Assembly: GCA_034428955.1 (NCBI GenBank)
Contig: DAOUGZ010000316.1
Location: forward strand, 285 to 64,284
Length of the DNA stretch: 64,000 nucleotides
Source of the DNA: Anaerolineae bacterium
GTDB taxonomy: Bacteria > Chloroflexota > Anaerolineae > SpSt-313
Reading direction: 5' to 3'
A program made the position numbers and the translations under genes. Of the stretch, positions 50,270-59,454 are shown in pieces. Each line of letters begins with the position of its first letter. The stretch's first letter is position 1. Below the pieces are notes generated by a model, which searched no databases, was not told the DNA's origin, and saw only the letters and a list, made by a program, of their open reading frames with translations.

Positions 50270-51144
50270 CCCTTCAACGCCCCTGCCGTCATGCCCTTGA
50301 TCACATAGCGCTGCAGGAAGGCAAAAGCCAGCACCACCGGCACAATCGTAATGGCCATGCCGGCGGCCACGCCGGGCTCGTTGGAGGTAAAGTGGCCCTC
50401 CAACAGGCTGATGCCCACCGGCAGCGTGCGCGATTCCGTCGTGCCCGTCAGGACCAGGGCCAGGATGTACTCGCTCCAGGCGGAGAGAAAGTGAAAAGTG
50501 GCCATCGTCGCCAGGGCGGGCTGGGAGAGGGGCACAATGATGCGCCAGAAGACACTCCACATCCCCGCTCCGTCCATGATGGCCGCTTCCTCCAGCTCTT
50601 TCGGGATCGTCTCCATAAAGGCGCGCAGGAAAAAGACATTCCACGGGATGCCGACCGCGGCGTAGACAAGGGCCAGGCCGCCCAGGTTGTTGTAGAGGCC
50701 GATGCGACGGGTAAAGATGGCCAGGGGCACCAGGAGGATGGAGTGAGGGATCAAAAAGCCAAACAGGATATAGCCCCAAACCAACCCCTTGAGCCGGAAC
50801 TCGAAGCGCGCCAGGGCAAAGGCCGCCGTCGCGGCCAGGAGCAGCACCAAGATGAGGGAGCCGATAGTCAGCACGACGCTATTCAGGAAGTAGAGGCCCA
50901 TCTTGGCATGCACCCAGGCTTCCTGATAGTTGGACCACTTCCAGTGCGCCGGCAGGCCAAAGGGGTCGGCGTACAGCTCACGCGTGTACTTGAGGGAGGT
51001 GAGCAGTACCCAAACCAGCGGATACACACAGACGAGGGCCCACGCGATCAGCCCTGCGTGCAGCGCACCCTGCACAAGGCGGTGAATCCAGCGGTCGCGT
51101 CGTTGCTGCCTGGCGATATCGGCCTGGGAGCTGATTGCTGTCAT
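50266..51144 (-). CDS. ABC sugar transporter permease (MalG-like)
   Basis: EAA motif KELEEAAIMDGAGMWSVFWRIIVP. Start trimmed to the ATG just downstream of the preceding permease stop. Confidence 0.85.
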   Translation of the reverse strand: MTAISSQADIARQQRRDRWIHRLVQGALHAGLIAWALVCVYPLVWVLLTSLKYTRELYADPFGLPAHWKWSNYQEAWVHAKMGLYFLNSVVLTIGSLILVLLLAATAAFALARFEFRLKGLVWGYILFGFLIPHSILLVPLAIFTRRIGLYNNLGGLALVYAAVGIPWNVFFLRAFMETIPKELEEAAIMDGAGMWSVFWRIIVPLSQPALATMATFHFLSAWSEYILALVLTGTTESRTLPVGISLLEGHFTSNEPGVAAGMAITIVPVVLAFAFLQRYVIKGMTAGALKG

Positions 51145-51160
51145 CGCTTTCCCCATTTCC

Positions 51161-52081
51161 TCAAGCGTCCAGCGCCGCCTCATGCCGCCGGCCATAACGC
51201 CACACCAGCGTGACGGCGATGATGCCCAACAAGAAACTCAGCGTGGCGACTGCACTGCCATAGCCCCACGTCTTTTTCTGCCACAGCAGATACAGAGAGT
51301 AGGAGATCAAAGTCTCACTCAGGTGGATCGGGCCGCCCTTGGTCATCAGCAGAGGATAGATAAAGGCGCCCAGCGCGCCCTGCAGCGTCAGGACCATACA
51401 GGAGACGTACACGCCGCGGATGTTGGGCAACGTGACGTGCAGCAACTGCTGCCAGGCATTTGCCCCATCGATGGCGGCGGCCTCATAGTACTCCTCGGGT
51501 ATGCCCACCAAAGCCGCCAAAAAGATCACCATATAGAAGCCGATATGCTGCCACGAAGAGGGAAAGCTCGTAGCCCACTGTACGTACCCATCGCCGCTCA
51601 GCCATGGGCGCACCCAGGCGCCCCGCCCTGTCAGGCGCAGGAGGCTGTTGAGCACGCCATACTCGTTGCCGGAAAGAACAAAGCGCCACATCAGGGCCAT
51701 GGTAGTGGCCGGCAAAATCACCGGGATGTAGAACAAAAAGCGGTAGATGTTCGCCCCGCGACGGAGCCGGTTGAGCACAAACGCCAGCAGGAGAGCGACG
51801 GGCAGCATAAAGCCCCAATCCAGAGAGAGGCGGCGAGCGTTATTGACCAGCGCCAGGGGCACGATCGGATCGTTCAGCATCTGGGAAAAGTTGGCCAGGC
51901 CGACAAAGGGGGCGGCGCTGATAGGCCCACCTTCCCAATCCAGAACACTGTAATAGAGCGAGAGCAAGCTGGGGTAGAGCATCAGGGCGGTGTAGATGCC
52001 CACCGCCGGGAGCAGGAAGAGCGCAATGCCCACCGGATTCCCATACCACGAACGGCCCCTGTTTCTACGATTTCCCATCAT
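51161..52081 (-). CDS. ABC sugar transporter permease (MalF-like)
   Basis: Six TM helices and EAA YEAAAIDGANAWQQLLHVTLP. Start near the ATGATG at 52081. Confidence 0.85.
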   Translation of the reverse strand: MMGNRRNRGRSWYGNPVGIALFLLPAVGIYTALMLYPSLLSLYYSVLDWEGGPISAAPFVGLANFSQMLNDPIVPLALVNNARRLSLDWGFMLPVALLLAFVLNRLRRGANIYRFLFYIPVILPATTMALMWRFVLSGNEYGVLNSLLRLTGRGAWVRPWLSGDGYVQWATSFPSSWQHIGFYMVIFLAALVGIPEEYYEAAAIDGANAWQQLLHVTLPNIRGVYVSCMVLTLQGALGAFIYPLLMTKGGPIHLSETLISYSLYLLWQKKTWGYGSAVATLSFLLGIIAVTLVWRYGRRHEAALDA

Positions 52082-52192
52082 CACCCCCCGTTCCGCCGGC
52101 CATGACCCTGGGTAGGGGTTTGGCGGGTTGGTTGGCCTGGCCGCCCTGCGGGCGGCCAGGCCAACCAACCCGCCAAACCCTCAGATCAACAA

Positions 52193-53629
52193 CTATTCAG
52201 CGTACTTGGACATCTCGCTCTGGTAGGCGGTCATGGCGTCTTCCACGCTCTTGCCGGCCATGAGGGTCTGCAGGCCGGTCCAGCAGTCGTCCCAGCCGCG
52301 CTCCTGCATGGCCTGAGTGCCGGGCAGGCTGTATGCCGTGTCGGCCTGATACTGGGCATCGAGGAAGGCGAGCAGCAGCGGGTCGACGCCGCTGATGGAT
52401 TTGACATCGATGCTGACGTCCATCGGCGACTTGCAGAGGAGGATCCACTGCTTGGCCGCTTCCGGGCTAAAGAAGAACTTTAAGAAGGTGATAGCCGCCT
52501 CGAGCTTGGCCGGGTCCTCCTCCAGCTTTTTGGCCAGGCCAATGGGGGTCCCCAGCTTGAGCTCGACGGTCGTGCCGTTCTCGCCGGCGGCCGGATAGGG
52601 CGCGAACTGGACATTGTCCTTCAGATCGGGCGCCGCACCCTCACCGGTGATCTCATTGCCGATGGTCCAGGCCCCATTCAGATAGAAAGCGGTCTGTTCG
52701 GCGACAAAGAGGGCGACGGACTGCTGCCACGTCAGCTCGATCTCGTTGTCGGGGATCCACTTGTTATCCACAAAGACCTTCATCAGCTCAAAGGCCTTGG
52801 CGAGCTGTGGCGCGGCAAAGTCGTTGACTGCCAGGGCCTCGCGGCCGCCCTCCTGGCTGGCGATGATGTTGTGCCACTGATGGGCCCCACCCACGCCCCA
52901 GGAGGTGGCGAGCTTGCCGATGGCCTTGATCTTCTCGCAGGCCGAGAGCAATTCATCCCAGGTCGTGGGCACTTCTGCGACGCCGGCCTCCGCCAGGATG
53001 CGTGTGTTCCAGATGGTGGGCATGGGCGAAACTTCGGCCGAGAGCCCCCAGATATGGCCGTCGGTGCTGAAGGCATCCAGAGCATCCTGGGAGAAGAGCG
53101 CTTTCCACTCGGGGTCGGCATCGAGATGGGCCGCCAGGTCCACTACGTAACCGCCGTTCCACATGTCGGTGCCCGTTTCGTGGATGATGTCCGGGCAGTC
53201 GCCGGCGGCACAGTCGGCAAGGATCTTTTTGCGCGACTCTTCGCTGTCGGGGTTGAGGATGTTCTCGATCTTGATCTCGGGGTGCTCAGCGGCGAACTCT
53301 TCAAAGAGCCAGAGCATGCCCTCATAGTGAGCATCCGTCTCTTTGGACCAGTGGTTCTGGTAGCGCAGAACGACCGGCTCGGCCGGTGCCGCCGTCGGCT
53401 CGGGGGCCGCCGTGGGCTCGGGCACGGCCGTCGCTTCGGGCGCTGCCGTTGGCTCGGGCGCGGCGGTATTCTCCGCAACCGGCTGAGGTGCAGCAGTCGG
53501 CGCGGGCTTTTCGCTACAAGCTGAGAGGATGGGAGTGACCAGCGTGGTGCCCGCCAAGAGCCCCATCATCTTGAGCAGTTCGCGCCGGCTCATGGAACGA
53601 CCACACTGGAAGCGATTCCGTCCCTTCAC
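52193..53629 (-). CDS. ABC transporter sugar-binding lipoprotein with Pro/Ala/Glu-rich (PEPTAA repeat) N-terminal linker
   Basis: Signal/lipobox (LAGTTLVTPILSAC), the linker AAPEPTAAPEATAVPEPTAAPEPTAAP, then an SBP_bac_1 fold. GTG start after AAAGGAG. Confidence 0.9.
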   Translation of the reverse strand: MKGRNRFQCGRSMSRRELLKMMGLLAGTTLVTPILSACSEKPAPTAAPQPVAENTAAPEPTAAPEATAVPEPTAAPEPTAAPAEPVVLRYQNHWSKETDAHYEGMLWLFEEFAAEHPEIKIENILNPDSEESRKKILADCAAGDCPDIIHETGTDMWNGGYVVDLAAHLDADPEWKALFSQDALDAFSTDGHIWGLSAEVSPMPTIWNTRILAEAGVAEVPTTWDELLSACEKIKAIGKLATSWGVGGAHQWHNIIASQEGGREALAVNDFAAPQLAKAFELMKVFVDNKWIPDNEIELTWQQSVALFVAEQTAFYLNGAWTIGNEITGEGAAPDLKDNVQFAPYPAAGENGTTVELKLGTPIGLAKKLEEDPAKLEAAITFLKFFFSPEAAKQWILLCKSPMDVSIDVKSISGVDPLLLAFLDAQYQADTAYSLPGTQAMQERGWDDCWTGLQTLMAGKSVEDAMTAYQSEMSKYAE

Positions 53630-53798
53630 GTCGGATCTCCTTTCCTGGTATCAGAACGAAGGCCAATAGCGAGGGAAACGAGTGTCAACCTGGGTTACGC
53701 ATCCGATCGGGACCACCTCCCTTCGCCGGTGTTCGTGGGCCCTGAGCCGCATCAGCCGACCCGGACGCGGCTCCGCTCTCGACAAAGCGAGAGCCTCC

Positions 53799-54806
53799 TC
53801 AATGCGGAGGGGCCGTCGACTGGCGGGCGATTAGCGAGAACTGGAGCAAGACCCGTTTGGGCTCAGCGCGCCCATTGATCCGCTCGATGAGCGTCTCGGC
53901 CGCCAGGGTGCCCAGACGCCGTGGCGGCTGGCAGATGGTCGTAAGCGGCGGCACAGCGCGCCCGGCTTCATCAATGTCGTCGAAACCGATGATGGAAATA
54001 TCCTGCGGCACGCGCCAGCCGGCCTGCTGGGCCGTCTCCATGGCCCCCAGCGCGATCAGGTCGTTGGCACAAAAGACGGCCGTGGGGGGGGCCTCCCGGG
54101 CGAGCAGCGCCATGATGCCCTCTCGCCCCGCTTCGCGGGTATAGTCGCCGGAAATCAGCAGAGACTCGTCAACGGGCAAGCCGGCGGAGCCGAGGGCACG
54201 CCGGAACCCGGCCAGGCGGCGCATGCTGCTGGGCGTACCGGGCGGCCCCTGGATGAAAGCGATGCGCCGGTGGCCCAGACCCAGCAGATGCTCCACCGCA
54301 GCCTGCGCCCCTCGTTCGTTATCGCCGTGGACGTGATCCCAGTTGGAGGTCTGCTCCTCTTCGCTCATATAGTCGCCAAGGATAACGACAGAGACATCGT
54401 CGCCCATGAGCGGGTTCACGTGCTCATAGGTAACATGGTAGGGATGCAGAATCAGCCCACTAACCCAACCGGAAAGAGAGCGCAGAAAGCGCACCTCGCG
54501 CTGCAGGAGGCCATCGGTGCTGCAGACGATGACGGAATAGCCGTACTGGTCGGTCACATCCTGCACGGCCCGCGCCACACAGGACCAATAAGGGTTGCCG
54601 ATATCGGGCACGACGAGCGCCAGGAGGGGGATCGCTTTTCTGCTCAGGGCGCGAGCGAGCCGGTTGGGCCGGTAGTTGAGTTCCTTCACAGCCGCCATCA
54701 CCCGCTGGTACAGTTCGGGGCTGACGTAGTGAGTATCGTTGATCACATGCGATACGGTCGCTACGGACACCCCTGCCCGCCGCGCAACATCTCGAATCGT
54801 AGCCAC
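53799..54806 (-). CDS. LacI family transcriptional regulator
   Basis: N-terminal HTH ATIRDVARRAGVSVATVSHVIN and a periplasmic-binding-like effector domain. GTG start after GGGAG. Confidence 0.9.
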   Translation of the reverse strand: MATIRDVARRAGVSVATVSHVINDTHYVSPELYQRVMAAVKELNYRPNRLARALSRKAIPLLALVVPDIGNPYWSCVARAVQDVTDQYGYSVIVCSTDGLLQREVRFLRSLSGWVSGLILHPYHVTYEHVNPLMGDDVSVVILGDYMSEEEQTSNWDHVHGDNERGAQAAVEHLLGLGHRRIAFIQGPPGTPSSMRRLAGFRRALGSAGLPVDESLLISGDYTREAGREGIMALLAREAPPTAVFCANDLIALGAMETAQQAGWRVPQDISIIGFDDIDEAGRAVPPLTTICQPPRRLGTLAAETLIERINGRAEPKRVLLQFSLIARQSTAPPH

Positions 54807-54830
54807 GCAAACACTCCCAATCAGAGGCTT

Positions 54831-54864
54831 AACCGTTTATATAAACGGTTATAAAACCGGTTAA
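54831..54864. promoter_or_regulatory. Candidate LacI operator: perfect 20-bp palindrome AACCGTTTATATAAACGGTT plus adjacent AACCGGTT half-site repeat
   Basis: Lies 25-58 nt upstream of the lacI-family start, at the head of the long minus-strand locus. Confidence 0.55.
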
Positions 54865-55287
54865 ATCATATCATACATTCCGTTTTTTGTCAATGGCTTG
54901 CACACTCCATTTTCCGAGCCTTTTCAGAGTCAGCGTTATGTCCTCCTGAGCGGGTTCTGCGGACGTTGCATCGTTGCGAACCGTGGCCCGCGAAGGATCC
55001 CTGTGCGCGATGGGGATGCTTCGCTTCAGCCAGTTGACTGCCTATGGGATGAGTCCTTGCCCGCTCAGCATGACAGGCCGCAACTTAAAGGCCCTGCACT
55101 CCATTTTCCGGGCACGGTGCACATTCGGTTGTCGGACGGCCTTTGACGCCCCCTGCTCCTTCCACTATAATGCCGCTGCTGGCGGTGGCCGGGCTGCCCT
55201 GCTCGGGTTGGCCTGCATCACGCCCCTTGCCCACTGGCGCCACCGACCACCCACCGTTCCTTCCCGTTCGCCACACCGGAGGCTACT

Positions 55288-56055
55288 TTGCTCGAGACTG
55301 CCATCGCCGCTGCTGAGGCAGCCGGCCAGATTCTCAAGGACCGTTTCGCCAGGCCGCACCAGATCAGCTCCAAAGGGCTGCGCAACCTGGTCACCGAAGC
55401 CGATATCCTGGCCGAGAAGGCCATCATCGCCGCCATCCGCGCCCGCTACCCCGAGCACCAGATCCTGACCGAGGAGACGCAACACATCCTGGGCTCGGAC
55501 GCCACCCACCGCTGGATCATCGACCCCCTCGACGGGACGACCAACTATGCCCGCGGCATACCCTCCTTCGCCGTTTCTGTTGGCGTCGAGCGTGAGGGCG
55601 AGCTACAGGCCGGGGTAATCTATGATCCCCTCTCCGGCCGCCTCTTTCAGGCTCAGGCCGGGCAGGGCGCCTTCCTGAACGGGAAGCGCTTGCACGTCAG
55701 CGCCTGCAGCGAACTGATCGATGCCCTGCTGGACCTGGGCTGGGCGCGCAGCCAGGATGCCCGCCTCGCTTCAGTCCGCGCCACGTGTGACCTCGGGCCC
55801 TATGTGGGCTCGGCGCGCAATTCGGGCTCGGCGGCTCTGGGGCTGGCCGCCATCGCGGCGGGCTGGGAGGATCTCTACTTCCACCCTGAACTGGCCCCGT
55901 GGGATATGGCCGCCGGCGCGCTGCTCATCCGCGAGGCCGGCGGGACGGTCACCGCGCCGAACGGCGGGCCCTGGACGCCCTTCTCCGGCGGCTGCCTGGC
56001 CAGCAACGGCCTGCTGCACGAAAAGGCCCTACAACGCCTCAAGGGCCTGGGCTGA
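55288..56055 (+). CDS. Inositol monophosphatase family protein (SuhB-like)
   Basis: EETQ..., WIIDPLDGTTNY, and the downstream WDxAAG motif. TTG start after GGAGG. Confidence 0.85.
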   Translation: MLETAIAAAEAAGQILKDRFARPHQISSKGLRNLVTEADILAEKAIIAAIRARYPEHQILTEETQHILGSDATHRWIIDPLDGTTNYARGIPSFAVSVGVEREGELQAGVIYDPLSGRLFQAQAGQGAFLNGKRLHVSACSELIDALLDLGWARSQDARLASVRATCDLGPYVGSARNSGSAALGLAAIAAGWEDLYFHPELAPWDMAAGALLIREAGGTVTAPNGGPWTPFSGGCLASNGLLHEKALQRLKGLG

Positions 56056-56123
56056 CACTCTTGCCAGGTAGCACGAAGCACGGTAGAATAGGCCATCCGC
56101 TACACGCATAAAGAGGTGTTGGC

Positions 56124-56645
56124 ATGAGGCAGTTGCAGGGGACGGACATCAAGCGGTTGATGCGTAGCTACCGCCGCGAGCACCCACCCCGGCACAGCAT
56201 CGTCGCCCTCTGCCAAAGCGTCGAGTACCCGGTAAATGTCGGTTCGATCTTTCGCCTGGCCGACGCGCTGGCCCTCGACGAGTTGGTGCTGACGGGTATC
56301 ACACCCACGCCGCCCAACGCCACCCTCCACAAAGTGGCTCGCGGCAAGGAGGCTCGGGTTCCCTGGCGCTACGTCCCCACCCCAGGCGATGCCATCCCCG
56401 AACTCAGAGCTGAGGGCTATCGGATCATCGCTGTCGAAATCACCGACACGGCGACCCCGTACATGACCTACGACTATCCCGAGCGTGTGTGCCTCGTCGT
56501 CGGCCACGAGGATCATGGCGTCACCAACCAGACCCTGGCCCTCTGCGATTCCGCCGTCTACATCCCCATGTTCGGCAAAGGGCGGTCGCTCAACGTGCAC
56601 GTTTCGCTCTCTATCGTCTGCGCTCACCTGCGCTTTGGTTGCTGA
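56124..56645 (+). CDS. SpoU/TrmH-family RNA 2'-O-methyltransferase
   Basis: SPOUT motifs: VEYPVNVGSIFR, LVVGHEDHGV, IPMFGKGRSLNVHVSLSIV. Confidence 0.85.
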   Translation: MRQLQGTDIKRLMRSYRREHPPRHSIVALCQSVEYPVNVGSIFRLADALALDELVLTGITPTPPNATLHKVARGKEARVPWRYVPTPGDAIPELRAEGYRIIAVEITDTATPYMTYDYPERVCLVVGHEDHGVTNQTLALCDSAVYIPMFGKGRSLNVHVSLSIVCAHLRFGC

Positions 56646-56660
56646 CTCTGGGAGGGCACT

Positions 56661-57287
56661 ATGGCACTCATCAAATTCGTCCGCAACTATCACGACCTGA
56701 GCACCGACAACGGCTTCCAGTTCGAGTTCTTTTGTGACCGCTGTGGCTCGGGCTATCAGACTCCATTCCAGGCCTCGGCTACGGGCCTGATCAGCGGCGC
56801 CCTGCAGACCGCCTCCAGCCTCTTTGGCGCCCTCAGCGGCGCTGCGGAGGTGGGCGAGCGAGTGCGCTCTTCCACCTGGGAAAAGGCCCACGACGCGGCC
56901 TTTGCCAAGGCTATCGAAGAGGCCAAGCCGCACTTTAGGCAATGTCGCCGCTGCGGCCAGTGGGTCGACGATGCCTGCTGGAACAACGAACGCGGCCTGT
57001 GCCTCGACTGCGCACCGGACCTGGAGGTCGAAGCATCCGCCGCCCAGGCCGAGGCCGCCGTAGAGAACATCCGGGAGGCGGCCCGCGAGGTCAAATACGT
57101 CAGCAAGAAAAAGTTCGAAGGTACCGTCGTGGCCACCTGCCCCAAGTGCGGTGCCCCCGCCGCCGGCGGCAAGTTCTGCGCCGAGTGCGGCGCGCCGCTG
57201 GCCAAGGAAAAGCACTGCACCGAGTGCGGCGCCAAGATCAAAGCCGGGGCCAAGTTCTGCCCAGAGTGCGGGACGAAGCAGGGGTAG
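56661..57287 (+). CDS. Multi-zinc-ribbon protein (two N-terminal CxxC pairs plus C-terminal triple CPxCG ribbons)
   Basis: CDRCGS, CRRCGQW...CLDCAP, CPKCGAP...CAECGAP...CTECGAK...CPECGTK. Confidence 0.7.
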   Translation: MALIKFVRNYHDLSTDNGFQFEFFCDRCGSGYQTPFQASATGLISGALQTASSLFGALSGAAEVGERVRSSTWEKAHDAAFAKAIEEAKPHFRQCRRCGQWVDDACWNNERGLCLDCAPDLEVEASAAQAEAAVENIREAAREVKYVSKKKFEGTVVATCPKCGAPAAGGKFCAECGAPLAKEKHCTECGAKIKAGAKFCPECGTKQG

Positions 57288-57289
57288 CG

Positions 57290-57415
57290 TCAAACGTCAT
57301 CGCTCAAGCGTCGTTCTACTGCGTGACACGTACTGCGTAACCTCGCCTTGTGCAGCGCCCGCCGCTCCAGGCGAGTTTACGCATTACGCAGCAGCATGGC
57401 GTTTGACGATAGGAG
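57290..57415. repeat. Palindromic repeat element, copy A (terminal inverted CGTCAAACG/CGTTTGACG; internal CTGCGTAA...TTACGCAG arms)
   Basis: Shares CGTCAAACGT, CTACTGCGT, GCGTAACCTCG and TTACGCATTACG blocks with copy B. Confidence 0.55.
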
Positions 57416-57421
57416 TTGTGA

Positions 57422-58357
57422 ATGCAGTTGCAGATCGGCGAGCTGGTGCACTATGCGCTGTTCTTTGCGCGGGCACGGCTGCTGGGCGCGCGTCGGCCGC
57501 TCGTTGGCGGCATCAACATCACCTCCCACTGCAATCTCGGCTGCGCGCATTGCGTGTACGCGGCGCAGGCGGCACCCCGCGAACACCTGACTCGCGGCCA
57601 GATCGAGGGGTTGATGGCCGGCTTCCGACGGCAAGGGGTACACGTGCTCTTTTTGCAGGGCGGCGAGCCGACCCTCTGGCACGACGGCGACTATTGCTTC
57701 AACGACCTGGTCCGTGATGCGCGCCGCCGGTTCTCGCGGGTAGGCTGCGTGACCAACGGCATCCTGCCCATCGATAACCCCTGCGACCTGGTCTGGATCA
57801 GCGTGGACGGCTCGCCGGAGGTGCACGATCGCGTGCGCGGGGCGGGGAGCTTTGAGCGGATGGCCGCCAATATCGCCGCCAGCGCCAACCCAAACCTGTA
57901 TGCCAACATCACCCTCTCCCGGCTGAACGTCGACGATCTGGAAGCGTGCATCGAGCACATCCGCCGCGATATGCCGCGCATCAAGGCCGTCTCGATCAAC
58001 TTTCAGATTCCCTATCCGGGCGTCGAGGCGCACACGCTGAGCTATGCGCAGCGCGCCGAGGCCGTCGAGCGAGTCATCGCCCTCATCCGCCGGGGCTACC
58101 CGATCCTGAACTCGCCCGCCGCGCTCCGGCTGATGCTCAAGCCGGGGTGGAATACGACCCACTGGCTGATCAGCCTGGCCCATCCCAACGGCACGGTCGT
58201 GGAGGGGTGCGGCGCGCGTCACATCGACCCCAAGATCTGCGAAAACTGCGGCTATGGGGTCATGGCCGAGGTCCAGGCCATCTGGCGTGCGCACCCTGGG
58301 GTGATTATGAATGCGTTCAGGCTGTTTGGGGTGGTGGGGCGGAGACGTCAAACGTGA
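57422..58357 (+). CDS. Radical SAM protein (CxxxCxxC) with C-terminal extra Cys pair (twitch/partial SPASM-like)
   Basis: GINITSHCNLGCAHCVY cluster motif, a GGEP-like LQGGEPTLW SAM-binding motif and C-terminal CENCGYG. AGGAG RBS. Confidence 0.8.
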   Translation: MQLQIGELVHYALFFARARLLGARRPLVGGINITSHCNLGCAHCVYAAQAAPREHLTRGQIEGLMAGFRRQGVHVLFLQGGEPTLWHDGDYCFNDLVRDARRRFSRVGCVTNGILPIDNPCDLVWISVDGSPEVHDRVRGAGSFERMAANIAASANPNLYANITLSRLNVDDLEACIEHIRRDMPRIKAVSINFQIPYPGVEAHTLSYAQRAEAVERVIALIRRGYPILNSPAALRLMLKPGWNTTHWLISLAHPNGTVVEGCGARHIDPKICENCGYGVMAEVQAIWRAHPGVIMNAFRLFGVVGRRRQT

Positions 58358-58359
58358 AG

Positions 58360-58445
58360 CGTCATTCTACTGCGTAATGCGTAACCTCGTGCTGCACCTG
58401 CCGCTTCACCTTACGCATTACGTATTACGTAGTAGAATGACTCCT
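58360..58445. repeat. Palindromic repeat element, copy B (near-perfect roughly 25-bp arms GTCATTCTACTGCGTAATGCGTAA / TTACGCATTACGTATTACGTAGTAGAATGAC)
   Basis: Seen directly in the sequence; lies between the radical SAM and UbiA genes. Confidence 0.55.
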
Positions 58446-58464
58446 GCCTCTAGAAAGAACCGCC

Positions 58465-59454
58465 ATGCCCACGTACGCAGAGATCCATGAGGCCTATCGC
58501 CGGCGCCTGGCCAAGTCCCGGCCCAACTCGCCACGGGCCTATTACGAGATTATGGTGCCGCGCTTTATCATGGTCTCCGCGTCGCTGCCCTTCGCGGTGG
58601 GGGCGGCCCTTGCGGCTTATCGCACCAGCGCCTTCAACTGGCCGGTCTTTGGGCTCAGTTCGCTGGTCGTCTTTCTGATCATGGCCGCGGTCAACGCCGG
58701 CAACACGTATTTTGATTATGAGACGGACCGCCAGAACCGGAACTTTAGCGCCTACTCGGGCGGCATCCGCATCCTGGTAGAGGGCAAAATCACCAACCGG
58801 CAGCATGCCCTCCTCTTTGCCGGCGGCCTCCTGGCCCTGGCCTGCCCATTGGGGCTGGCGCTCTACTTCCTGCTGCACACGGGGCCGTGGACCCTGGCTT
58901 TGGGCTTTTTCGGCGCTCTCTGCGGCTGGTTCTACACGGCTCCGCCGCTGAAGCTGGTCTATCGGGGCCTGGGCGAGTTGGTCATCGCCGTCTGCTCGGG
59001 CATGCTCACTGTCGTCACCGGCTACTATCTGCAGGCCGCCCGCTTCGACCTGGCCCTCCTGCCGCCGGCCGTGGGGCTGGCCGCCTCGATCCTCAACGTC
59101 ATCCTCATCAACGAATTCGCGGACCGGCCGTCGGATGCCCGTTCGGGCAAGGTAACGGCGCTGGTGCGGCTGGGGCCCGAGCGCGCGGCCCGGCTGTACC
59201 AGGCCAACCAAATAGTCACGCTGCTTGCGCTCGCGGCGGCGCCCCCCTTCGGCCTGCCCTGGTATGCCGCCTGGGGTGCGCTGGTCGCGGCGCTGCCCCT
59301 CGCCTGGCGCAACCGGCGGGCGATGCGCGCCGCTGCCTGGGCCGGCGATGGGATCAACGATCTCACCCTGCAGACCACCACCGTGCACCTCCTGCTGGAG
59401 GGAGGGTTGCTGGTGGGGCTGTTGGCGGGTGTGGTAATGCGATTGTTGGCATAG
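58465..59454 (+). CDS. UbiA-family aromatic prenyltransferase (MenA-like)
   Basis: Eight or nine TM helices and Asp-rich motifs (NAGNTYFDYETD, NEFADRPSD). Confidence 0.8.
   Translation: MPTYAEIHEAYRRRLAKSRPNSPRAYYEIMVPRFIMVSASLPFAVGAALAAYRTSAFNWPVFGLSSLVVFLIMAAVNAGNTYFDYETDRQNRNFSAYSGGIRILVEGKITNRQHALLFAGGLLALACPLGLALYFLLHTGPWTLALGFFGALCGWFYTAPPLKLVYRGLGELVIAVCSGMLTVVTGYYLQAARFDLALLPPAVGLAASILNVILINEFADRPSDARSGKVTALVRLGPERAARLYQANQIVTLLALAAAPPFGLPWYAAWGALVAALPLAWRNRRAMRAAAWAGDGINDLTLQTTTVHLLLEGGLLVGLLAGVVMRLLA

Noticed and set aside
49115-50779. 554-aa tracked ORF for URO-D-like paralog 3
   Set aside because: The N-terminal roughly 170 codons are antisense/overlap-frame through the ABC permease gene. 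The real start is the GTG at 50269, coupled to the permease stop.
56100-57293. 397-aa minus-strand ORF over the SpoU and zinc-ribbon genes
   Set aside because: Antisense artefact. It crosses an intergenic region and two RBS-supported plus-strand genes.
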